Source of the DNA: Phoronis australis | Lineage: Eukaryota; Animalia; Phoronida | Length of the DNA stretch: 64,000 nt | Assembly: GCA_002633005.1 (NCBI GenBank) | Contig: NMRA01000216.1 | Span: 530,441 to 594,440 of the forward strand | Reading direction: 5' to 3' | Shown: one piece after another, positions 28,001-40,181 of the stretch | How positions within the stretch are numbered: the stretch's first letter is position 1 | How the letters are laid out: each line of letters opens with the position of its first letter | Position numbers and translations under genes: made by a program | The notes under the pieces: generated by a model | What the model was told of the DNA's origin: nothing | Database searches by the model: none | Seen by the model: the letters and a program-made list of their open reading frames with translations, nothing else

Positions 28001-30233
28001 ACACTGATTGGGAGATTACTGGAAGTGCCAACTGGACAATGGCTTAAAAATCCCCAAAAGTTATCTCTGATTGGATAAAAATTCCCCATATCATACTGGA
28101 GCTCAATGGGATTGGCCAAGCATAGACTGCAATGTGACCAAGGTTATACTAGTGCGTGGAATACCGATATGTTTTTGCTTTGAATTTTCTTTCTTACCCA
28201 ACCAGACCATCAGATTTTAATGCGTCATGTTCAGACATTTAATATGTCCTGGAGTTCATGTTAAGACAGTTTATAAACTAACTAGTTAGGTTTGTGTGAA
28301 TTCAGATGTCCAGTATCTTTAGACTGTGACAGCTCCTCACAGACAGGTTAAACACACCTTATCAAATTGGAGTTCAGTTGATTGAGACGCAATACAAACC
28401 ATCATAAGGTTATCTTCTCTCCCTTTCATGAGAGATGCTGTGTACAAACTCACATCTTTAATACCATCTCTAGGATACACCGTCTCTGATTTTACCTCAA
28501 AAGATAGCGGCGTGATTAAGTGATAAATACTCCCATCTGAGAAAACCAGAAAACCGCGGGCATTGAATGGAAACTTGGCAGTCCGTCATGCTCGAGCATT
28601 TCAAGTCATTTGTTACCAGACGTTTTGTCGCGTAATTAGTCGCGCCTTTCTGTATGCATTTTGTCCCATGGACATGATGATTTAACAGTTGAAATGCATA
28701 CATAGTGCCTTTTAAGGAGCGTGGGGTAGTAAAATGGATTGTTTGAATGCACATGTACCTGGATGGCCAAAAATGCAGAATAACACCTAGTAGTTTTAAT
28801 GGTGATGCAATGGCTGCTGTAAAAAATAGTCCGTCTGCTCACAAGTTGTCAGTGTCTGGACATGATTTGCTGCTTGCCTTTTGCCTTTCAAACAAGTGTA
28901 CAGGAAATACCATCATTTTTGAAGACATCAGCTGAGTATATAAACACAAGTTGGGAGTTAGGCTCTCGTCAAAATGCCATTAAGATTGCTTGAATGTATG
29001 CCTCAGTACCAACAAGTGGTTTAGAATTAACTGCAGTGAGACTGCAAATTACCAGGCCATCGCTCAGCCAAATGTCTCTGAGTTTCTCTCACCAAGTTCC
29101 CTGTTATCTTTTTGTTGTTTACGGCTTGCTGTGCTTTGAAAATTGTGTGTTTATTTTGGGGTTTATTCCATATCCCTGATCTCCTGTACACCAGATCAAT
29201 TTCTTTTTTGTTTGACAACTGGCCTTGGAGATGCTGATGACTGGGGTGAAGTGATGCACATGTGATGCTAAGGCCTTGAACATATAAACATTGCCCACTG
29301 ACCTCTGAGCCTTTTGCAAGGTTAGTTTTGCAATGTGCTGTAACTGAGGGAATTTTACAGCAGTCACCAGTTGGAGTTAATAAAGAGTAAGGAGAATGAG
29401 CCATGGGCCACAGATCTCATCTGAGCTGCAGACACCCCTGGGTGAACCCATTTGCTTTAGCTTTGGTGAAAAAATACAAAATTCGCTACAGTATAATGAG
29501 ATTTCAATAGGCTGACAGGCAAGTGTCGTGTGAAACTTGCAGAATTCTTGGTGCTATCTGCATTATCTTGCCCAGCAACCAATCAGGGATGGTTACGGTG
29601 GCAGTCAAAAGACAGCAGCAATAGATTTCACACGTGTCTAGTGTTGCCGAACTAGGAAGTGATTGCACGCCAACGATCAAGGGAAATGCTTGCTAAATGA
29701 CCACTTGCTGAAGACAGAGACACCTGTTTCACGCCACCAACTGCACCAGCAGACAACCAACCAATCACATGACACTGCCACCATGGTTGCTCAGGGTTCT
29801 CTGTGGCTTATAGTGGCCTGCCTTTTGTAGGCCAACTTCCTGTAACATCTGGTAGTCATGGTACCCAGTCCTTTTGACTGTGACCTCACATGACATGTTG
29901 AAGACTCCCTGATCATTTTGTGGGCTTTATTTCAACCCTAGCTCACTCTGGGCGACCTCAGTTGGATTGTATATACACACACACAGACAACTGTTGGTGG
30001 TTAAAGAGGCAACCAATAGCGCTCAACTTGTTTTTTGCAAATATTTTGAATTAAGCATAGTCTGGTAGGTGAAAATTTTGGTTTCAGGATAATTTTTATT
30101 AAAGAACAGATACATAACTTTTTTGTTTACTTTTTGGTAGTCAGTTCAACTTTATTTGGTGCTACGATGTGCTGTGAAGATGATTCATGGAAGACATTTC
30201 TTGTGATAATATTTCTCTTTCACCTTGTTGCAG

Positions 30234-30508
30234 CTGACCAAGAGGACAGTGGACAGATTGGTTCAACTGACCACCAGTCACCCTCAAGTGATCAACAGAC
30301 AACAGAAGAACTGGACAGTGAACTCAAGCAGCATCCTGTGTACATTCCAGAGGACATCCCCATCCCAAGCCAGTTTGAGTTGAGAGAGTCTAAGGTTTTA
30401 GAAGGTCTGGGTGTCTGGACTAAAGAGACGGTTGAGATTGGGGAACGGTTTGGCCCCTTCGCTGGTGTACGGAAAGCAACAGTTGATGACCCTTCTTGTG
30501 CCTGGGAG
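30234..30508 (+). CDS. PRDM16/MECOM: Prdm3/16 exon 2: N-terminal linker and first part of the PR/SET domain
   Basis: Acceptor tttcaccttgttgcag|, donor GAG|gtaaga. Encodes HPVYIPEDIPIPSQFELRESKVLEGLGVWTKETVEIGERFGPFAG...CAWE, closely matching MECOM PIYIPDDIPIPAEFELRES...GLGIWTK...GEKFGPY...YGWE. Confidence 0.95.
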
Positions 30509-33500
30509 GTAAGATTGTTTGATTAGATGTTTCCTAACTAATGAAGAGTGTGTGAAAGTGTAAGAATAGGACAGTTTGAATAGTTTATATATTTTTAAAT
30601 AACAAACGTAATGAATTCTCATATTTTGAATAACGTTATGATTTGTTGTGGTATTTCTTTAAATTATGAAATTGTGTTAGTAATTTTGATTATTGCTGTG
30701 CACATGTAATAAGTAGAGAAAAACAAAATATACAGTTATGAAAATAATTCAGTGTGTGTTGTTTGGAAATGTTATAAGATAGTGTTCTGCTGTTCAAATT
30801 AAATATTAGTTTGCTTTACTAAACAACTTTTCACAAAAATCGAAACAGTTGATATTTATTCGTAACACTTTGGACTGCTTAATATTGATTAGTGCTATCA
30901 ATTATTGAGCAGACACTGAATACTGTTTAAATACTTGGGATTGGATCAAAATGTTTAAATTAGCCACCTGCTCTGTTTTCATGTGTCCTGCATATACATA
31001 TATATCACTTTTATGGAACTTCTATCAGTTAAATACAATAATTTTTCTCCTATTTAAAGCATTCAGTATGGCGAAAAAGTGATTTTTTGGTCAATTCTCT
31101 CTGCAGAAATAAAGATTGAGAATATCTCAGTATGCCATAAGCTTAGTTTGTTCTGTTTAGATTTTGTATATATAACAATGTTAGATCAAGTTTCTATTAC
31201 TTGCTGCATTAGTTAATTAACCTTCAAAAAATATAAAACTCACCATTTTGTTGATTATTTTTGTGCGAAATATGTGAAGGATTACCGTAGTTAAAATTGT
31301 CTTATTCCAAATTTCTATTTTTCACCGCTAATTAAGATTTTGAATACCTGACGGAAATACTTTTTGTATTTATTTCGTAACGATGAGTAAAACTACTTCT
31401 ACTGCTGTCATTTTAAGTTGTGCTGTCTAACAGGTTGGTGATTTGATCACTGTCATGTGGTGTCTAATAATTAGCAACAGATACTGTGTTCAGATGAATC
31501 AGCTTACATAAAAACATTTCCTGTAACATCTTTTCTTCATAACTCCCACTCAGTAATTTCATTTTTTTGGTTCCTATCACCCAGCTATCATTTACACAGG
31601 CCTTTGATGGGTGTAAGCAAACTATACATAAATGAATCTGAAAATTTTTTAATCTGAAAATCTTTTGTCTGGTTATTGCATTTTAGCAGCCTGTGTTTTG
31701 TTGTTGTGAATTTTAAACAGGTCTCCTGCTCTATTGAGAAAATATTTTTGTTGTCAAAAGACAGGTTACAAATTTGTCATCATCTGGTAAGCGGACTCAT
31801 GATCGTCCTGGTCACCGAGGTCATTTTACATGACCAGTGTCCCAATAGGAACCAGTCTGATTCATTTAAGTCAACCGTAGGTTTGCCAAAAAACTGCTAA
31901 AGAATACCCATTTCTGATTGGACCTTTTGATTTGATGTCAAATGAATATAATATTGCCATATAAGCTAACCACAAAAAGAAAATAGTTTTTTTTCGCACA
32001 ATTTGTGAGGTTTACAATAGATCCTAAACTCTATACTGTTGAAATATTGCTTCAAGGTGCTTTTGTGCTTATTCTTGGAACTTGCTCAGTGGCACACCCT
32101 TGTAAATTGAGTTGCCATGTCAAATGGCACTACATGGATCTTCCAAACTGACCAACCTGTTTGCCAGTCTACTTCTTTTATTAATTAGCACATCTGTTTA
32201 TTTAAAGAGCTTGCATACGTTATCTACTAGTTTCGACCCAAAAAATATCCCAGAAGCAAGACACTGTTGTGAGACTAAACACATCTACTAATTGCGACCA
32301 GTTTTTTACCAACTGTCCCCGCGATGTCTCTGCTAGATCTCAAACAGTGAGCGAAGACGGATAATCTTCTAAAAACACTGTCTGCCGTTCCTGCTGTGCT
32401 GGCATGTATCATCATCACTAGCCAGTCCTCACAAAGATCAGACTTCACGCTTGTGAAAGTGTGTTTATGTTTCAAAAACCTCCTTCCTATATTTCCAACC
32501 AACCTGCTCCATGACTGTTTACCAAAGAACATGTCTGTTGGTTACCTCAGATTTTGCAAATTTCACAACTTCTGTTTTCTAATTGGTGTCTGACTAACTA
32601 AGTGGTTCATCGTTAGAGTAAAGTCTCTCCCATTTTGGTAAAAAATAATTGCCAAAAATACCCTTTTTCACTTTTCAAGGGACTCTAACAGTATTATGAA
32701 CGGCCACAATTTTTCAAAACTTTTTAATGGTAGCTATGGAACAAAACTTGAACATGAGACCTATTTAATTTTGTGTTGTACATGTTTCATTGAAAAAATG
32801 ATGAAATTTCACTTGTTCATGTTGTGTCCTACATTGTTGAATTTTTATGGTGAATACTATGATATTGTGTTACTTTTTGGTTATCATTCGGACTTAGAAA
32901 TGATTAAGGACTTTCAACATGATAGCAAGTGAATGAATTCAGTGAAATAGAAGTTGAGCATTCTGCCATTCATCCAGACCTCACCTCCATGAGTTGGGAC
33001 CACCACCCTTGTTATATTTCAGTCCCTGGTTCTGTTGATAGGTGCATTAAACATCTTAATGATGGTACCCTTGTGAGAGGGAGTGGTTGTGCATTATCTC
33101 CCTTTGATGCTTTGGTCTAGTCACATTTGGCGCATTTTTGTTGTAATCGAACGCAGATCAGTACCACGTTGAATCGATTTGGACGGCAAAAATGAACCTG
33201 TACTGTTTGCATAAAACTAGATTTGGATATCTCAACAATGTTAGGCAGAGACACTTGAGAAAACAAGCTTTGTTGCTTTTGGTAACTGGCAAATAAGCCA
33301 ACCACTTGCTGGTAGCCAGGCTAATCTGTTTTTCTATCTGACATTCGTTTGTCTTGATGTTGCCACCAAATGTGTCTTCTTGCCATCGTTGGGGGGAGAA
33401 ACACATGCACCAGAGACCAGAGTGCGAAGTTCACTGTTGTTAAAAGCCACGTGATTTGCTTTGAGGTCCCTGGTTTTAAACTTGACGGGTCCATCCCAGT

Positions 33501-34703
33501 TCCTGGCCTTCATTTCTCAATATTTCTGGTCTGTACATGCTGATTCAGATTTTGTCCACAAGTTTTGATGTGGTGCTTCTTTCATGGCCAAGTTTCTGCT
33601 CATGTCCATTTTAATTGTATTACTGACTATGTTTTGGACAGGGTATTAATTACTGTAAGAACATGCATGTTTTGGTTGCCACAGTAACATATTGTATCAA
33701 TGACAACATACATATGTTTTGTGTTTTTTAAGATTTGTGCGATGTCCTACAGGCCTAACACAATTACACTAAATTCACCCCACACTTTTCAAGAGGTCTG
33801 AATGTTAGAAAAACATGTAAAGGATCTGTTATAAATTGCCAGGGGTTGGTTATCTTTAACTTTTTAAGGTAGCGCAAATTTGAAAATTGTGATAAGCAAG
33901 CTGCCTAGATTCGAGTAAATAAATAGTTATTTCCTTGGTAGCAAATTCAATTTTGACTCCTTCTGGGAGACTGCCAGTTCAAGGAAAGTATATTTACAGG
34001 ATATACCTATCATACATTCATGGATGAGTACCAACTTAAGTTAGAAGATTTTACTAAAAGCTTAAAAGGGAGAGAAGGAGCTGGTAAAGTTGTTAACTGT
34101 TAGTGATGCGGTTTCTTACTGAACTTTTCACACTATCTAGTGAGTTCCCTGTTTCCTGTCACCATGGTTACAGTTGTGCGACTCTTCCTATCTAATGTAT
34201 TAGTCATTATTTCATTAGCTCATTTATTTGCATACCAATTACAAGGTAAAACTTCTATTGGAGTCGGTGTACCTGGCCATATTTATTAAATTTCTCTTTT
34301 TAAATTTCAAATATTTTCAGTTTTATTAGTTGCGCTATTGATGGAAAGTATTTTTTTGAGTAAACATCTTCACTGTTTTTGTTTATTTTTACATTGAAGC
34401 CATCTCAGTGTGTTCAGAAAATAACTTTGAAATTGAAACTTTTAAAGGTAGCAATCTTGTTTAACTTCCTGTAATCGTATTGAGCACACTTTCAGATGCC
34501 GAAACTCTTAAAAAATTTAAGGTAAAAACACATTGGAGACAATTTACCATTGCATGAATACTACTGAGTAGTTCACCTCCAGCCATATGCAGTCTTGGAA
34601 AGCCAGACTTGTTTCAGCTCTAGTTATGTCTTTTAGATGTTGAATCAAAATATAACATTCACTACATACCGAGATAGTTATATTACGGTAGTAGTCCCTC
34701 CAC

Positions 34704-35130
34704 GTTGTGCCCCTATAGGTTATGATCCTACAGGTTGTCCTCCTACAGGTTGTGCTCCTATAGGTTGGGCTCCTACAGGTTGTGCTCCTACAGGTTGTGC
34801 TCCTACAGGTTGTGCTCCTATAGGTTGTGCTCCTACAGGTTGTGCTCCTACAGGTTGTGCTCCTACAGGTTGTGCTCCTACAGATTGTGGCCCTACAGTT
34901 TGATCCCTTCATATTTTGTCCCTATAGGTTGTTCCCCTTTAGATTTTTTCCCTGTAAGGTGTGCTGCTACGGGTCGGGCCCCTTCAGGTTGTGCTCATGT
35001 TGTTGCCCTGCAAAAAGTAGCCTTATAGGATGTCTTATATGTTGTGCTCCTACAGGTCTTGTCCCAGCAGGTTTTGCCCCTACAGGTTGTAGCTCTAGAG
35101 GTTTTAGCCCTTCAGACTATGCCCCTACAA
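34704..35130. repeat. Minisatellite, 15-bp unit (CCTACAGGTTGTGCT); homogeneous core to ~34900, degenerate to ~35130
   Basis: Read directly. It explains the repetitive track ORFs (PTGCA)n, (RSTTC)n and (RLCSY)n. Confidence 0.95.
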
Positions 35131-38100
35131 TTTGAGGGAACTTCCGTCCCACCTTCTAGTCTAGACCTCTGGCGTTTACAATCTGTGAATGATTTGGTGA
35201 AGATAATCTTCAATGAATGGCTTCCATGTTTCTTCCTGTTGACAGAAGACATTTTACTTAGGACTACATAGGATTGTCTATGTCTTGTGTATTTGGTCAT
35301 TTGGAACTACACAAAAAGTGCAGACGAATTTCATTTGATACATCTTATAATCCAGTAATAAGTAAGTGATGTCATTGTGCACCAAAATGACATAAAAACA
35401 GTAGAGCAGAGAGGTACATACTATCACTTAGTTCAGGAATTGGACTTGCACTTGGAACAATTTCACAAGAGCTTCCACTTGAATGAGCCGGAATTTCATA
35501 CTCATAGTCATGGTGTTTGTGTGGACACGACCAAAAACTGTCAGCATGTTGTTTTGGTTTTGTATAGAATTTCCCTTTGAAAGTTGTATTCGACCCCCCC
35601 TTCTGGTTGACCCCCCTTCCAATTCCGGATCCAGCTGTCATGACGGCTAATTCAGCTAAAAATGAACGATAATAACTAAAATTTGATCCATGATTATAAT
35701 TAGAGAATGCAACGACATGCATATTTTGAGAAGTTTCATACCTTGGTCAAAGGTCAAGATTTGTTTCAATGTATAACTTACAAAAATTTGATTTATTTTT
35801 AATTTTTGCCACCCTTTTCACCAAACTCTAGTCCAACGAGTGTAAGAGATTGTGTTGTACCTGCAATAGTTCTGACTTGCATGAGCGAAGTAATTAATAA
35901 AAAAATTTAAGATGTCATTCGTTATTTTTATTAGTTGTCTGAGATTAATTAATGAAAACATGCATACACTTAATGTGCATTTAAACAAGGAGTCAGAAAG
36001 GTGATAATGTCATAATGTTGGAACTACTTATTTCTGTTAGTCGTTAGTGACAAATTAACCAAGTCATACACTACGGCACTTAACCAGGGAGCCAAAAAAG
36101 TGAGAAAGTCATTAATCTCGAAATGCTTTCAAGTGTTCTCAGGTAATCATCACTGATATGATTTTCGTCAGGCCCGACAATACGACTACAATTAACTCGT
36201 CCGTCAGACTGATGTACATTTCCTGACTTGACTCATCTTTTCCTATCAACGATTTTTTAATGATTAAATTCCATTTGCTACTCATCTAGTCGTCTCTCAG
36301 ATGGCTATTACATTTTAATTGGTGATTTATGTGGTCTCGGCGTGTGGACACATCGTTTCAAAACACGTTGGGAAATAAGTTGACAATCATAATAATCATT
36401 AATGTGATTATATTGCTACTAAAGAAGTTTCACACCAGGCTCATGTGTAGGAGTTGAAATTATGCGGTTTACTGTGTAAGCCAAAATTTGGCTTTGTACT
36501 CTGAAAAAACGTGTACAGGATCGGCGTTTTCACTGTGTGGGTCTGCATAGGCTAGCGTTTTTGTTGGACTGGAACTTAGGGTAGCATGCTATGCAGCATA
36601 CAATAAAAGGCTTATGTTTTGATAGATTTGGGTGTACTTACTATACTTATGAGAAAACCTATGTACATTCTATGTCCAGTGCTCGACCTTGAAAGTATGT
36701 GGAAGATTATACATTGTTAACTTTGGTGTCCATGTTGGGTTCCCCTGTGTGTCCCTTGGCATGCTGCCAGCGCATACTAAGCGTAGGGCATAGTATGCAC
36801 ATTGTACTACTCAAGTCCATGCTGCTCTGGTGTGAAATTCCCTTTACGTGAAAATGTACAAAGTTATTGGAAAGTGTACCCGCAACCTTTTTACATTTGA
36901 TTAAAATTTTTCGTTGGGGCCTTATCTTTAGTAAGACCCTTGTGAAATCCATGATTCTTAACCACTCTTTGGATAGGACTAACAGTGTTATATCATGTTT
37001 ATCATTTTGTAATTGATTTAATTCAAACTTTTTGTTAATGTACTTTATGTTGTCTTTGTCAAGATCACTTTGATAATCACGACATTTAAAAAATATTTTG
37101 CATAGTTTTTGAACAACTTGAAGGCACTCGTTTTCACTAAGTGACTGTGGAGTAGATTCGTATTCGTTATTTGCGTGATCCATCACCGAGTGCATCATGA
37201 CATTGACTTCTAGCCAGGAACCCTGCTTGGCTGAGTTTCTTGTGCAGAAAGCATTACCGAAGCCATTAGGGGATATATTCACTCAAGACCCATCAACAGT
37301 AACATGACGGACTTTGCACTCCACAGACCCTATAGTAGAAATAGCAATTTTACTATTTTTCTTGTTCTTTTCTTGGAATTCAAGTGTTTTCAGCTGATTT
37401 TTAGAATTGATACCCCGAGACTTTGAACAAGTTCAGTCATGGAGGGAATTGTATTGGCTATACATGTATTGGAATTCAGTTATAGGGTTTCAATTGTCAA
37501 AGTATTGTGCTGAACATTTTTCTAATGTATGTAAACTAATTCAATAATTACAACTAGCTGCAGAGTGTTTGAGTTAAGTAATGGTTTCTAGAGTGCCATT
37601 TAGAGTAGACAGGTGACTCGGTGATGACTGCTTCAAGTTGAAGATCGTTACAGAAGTGTCTATTGTCTACAGCCTGTCTCATTATTGATGTGTATGGAAG
37701 ATTAGCACATGGTCCATCCGCTGTCGCATCGATAGGACGAAGATCCATTGATTCGACAGATACGAGATCAATAAACAATAATGCAAGATGCACCAAAGTG
37801 AACCAGCCTTCATCCATTATGGTATTGGGTGGCGGTGTTGTCAGTCATCTGCTTTGAAGTAAATGGAAAAACCTTTTCATAAAATTTTGGCCAATCATAT
37901 CACCTTAATCGATCATAATTTTTTTTCAGATATTTTCTGTTTTTTGTTATTTTCTTTTCTGCAAATTTATAAAGGGTAATCGCTTATTTTCAAATTTTCA
38001 TACATTGTCGCAATTACCCAGAATCTTTTCAAAATTTGTTTGGTGATATGTGTAGCCTACGAGCTATGATATTAACGATGTAAATTTTTCGTAATTGCTA

Positions 38101-40099
38101 TTTTTCATGAGAAATCTGGCCTCTTGAAATTTTAATAGAAAGATTTCCTTATTGTGTTAAACTGAAGATTTTCATTTTGATATTTATTTATTCCCAGTTG
38201 GGGTTCATGATTTCCCTTGTTTATTTGTTTATTTGATTCACTATTGGCCAACATCAGCGTATATTTACTATTTTATTTATGTAGACTAAGAGGATATGTT
38301 GGAATAACTTGATCTCCTTTGTAGTTTCAACGTGATGGCATGGGTTGGCACTGTCCTTTCAGTCCTTATCAGTTGATATTCTGCTGCACCAAATGTCAGA
38401 TCATGATGGGGAATAAATTTTCGATTGTGATCAGATTTCCTTGCTGTGTTACACATAGGTAATTAGGAACGAGTCACTTGTTTTGTAGAATAACAATAAG
38501 TTTGAAGTTTCAATGTCTAACTGGCTATCATTCTGTTGCGCTGTCTAGTCAGGATCTCATTAATAGATTTTCCCTGATCAATAAATAATTCATTTGTTGT
38601 CAATAAGAATATCCTGTCAAATGATCACACCATTGACTTCTACTGATACAGTGTCTCACGTCCGATTGTTTCGTGGAACAATAGCTGTTAATATTTGATG
38701 AGTTCTTGATAATAACATGTTTCGTCACTTGTGTGGTGACAAAACTTATTATTCTTGTTCAAAAATCTTTTATCGTGCAAAATTAATGTACCTCCTCACA
38801 ATATTTGTTTTCTGTCATTGGCATAGCTGTGCCTTATTATCTTTATGACCAAGGAGGTCAAAAAGTCTCCAAAGGTTTTGACACCTTGTGAGCAAGACTG
38901 CTACCTTAGGAGATGTCTCGAGACATTTTGTATGAACACTTTAATAAAATCATTCATGGAACCACACTGTGTTAGTAGAAATAAACCACTTTATTTTTCT
39001 CTGCCCATCAGTATAATTTACGTTGACTCCACAGTTGCACCAACTTGTCTTAACATCAAAAGACCTTAAGTTCACTGACAAAATCGCAACTGTCAACACA
39101 CTTTTTCTCCCAGCGTGGGTCTGGGTAATTGTTGGCCTACTAAAGAATACGGTCTTTGAAGCGCTGGGGATGTCTGGAGAACACAAATTAGATAAAAGTG
39201 AGAAAAAGTTTGCAAAAATAACAGTTTATGTCTTTTTGTCACTAAATGTTTGTCCCATTTGGTTGAAAAGTTTTTCCAGTTGTCTTCCCACTCAGCCGAC
39301 ATTAGCAAGCATGACAGCATAATTCTGTAATAATATATTTAATGGCTCTCAACAGGTTGTCTGCTAATGGCCAATCACAGTCAAGACATCAAACCCCACC
39401 AGCTAATTATAAAACCCAGTCTTCAGACGGTAGATTTATTTTGGCTGTACATTCCTCCACCAGGATGCCCTGTGGTTTAAAAAACATGTCTGCGATGTTT
39501 AACAGATAACCGTGTATCATTTTTTCAGCAAGTGGCTTCTTTGCTCAAGTGATCTGCCATGTCGCGTGAGAAAATCTTTCTCCACCTCTGTGATAAGCCT
39601 GCAATGCCGTTGTTTGGAATGCTTGCCTCATGTCATTCTGCTAGTTGTTTACTGTTATTCTTACCAATTGAATCCAAAACAGTGTATGGTCAGCTATTGA
39701 TTTAGACGGGCCTTCTTTGTAAAAGTTCAACAGAAGTCAATGTCCCTGCTGCTAACTTGAATACCGAGAAACCAGGTGTTTTTCAAATTACACCATGGTA
39801 GGTTGCCTACTGAAATAGACATAATATCGGAATATAATTCTTATTATCGTGTTTGGTTTGAAACTCCATCTCTGAACTTTTAGTGGTGCCTTTTATTCGA
39901 GTAAAGATTAATTTTTTTCTGTTACGACAAGAACATCGAACCCATCAGCAACTAAAAAGAAGATGCTTCCTAGTTTATTGAGGTCACCCAACCCTTAAAT
40001 TGCGAACTTGACAGTAGCGCATGTATGCATAGCGAATTTGAAAAAGGCGTTTACGATGCATTGCCCCGTAACTTGATTAGGTGACTAAAATGGAATTCT

Positions 40100-40181
40100 A
40101 TTACGATAACATATATTGTCAGACCACTTTTATGAGAGTAATTATGATAACATATATTGTCAGACCACTTTTATGAGAGTA
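40100..40181. repeat. Tandem duplication, 2 x 41 bp
   Basis: attacgataacatatattgtcagaccacttttatgagagta followed by attatgataacatatattgtcagaccacttttatgagagta (one mismatch). Confidence 0.92.

Noticed and set aside
34544-35135. Repetitive ORFs (RSTTC)n, (PTGCA)n, (RLCSY)n, (LLQVV)n
   Set aside because: Artefacts of translating the 15-bp minisatellite.
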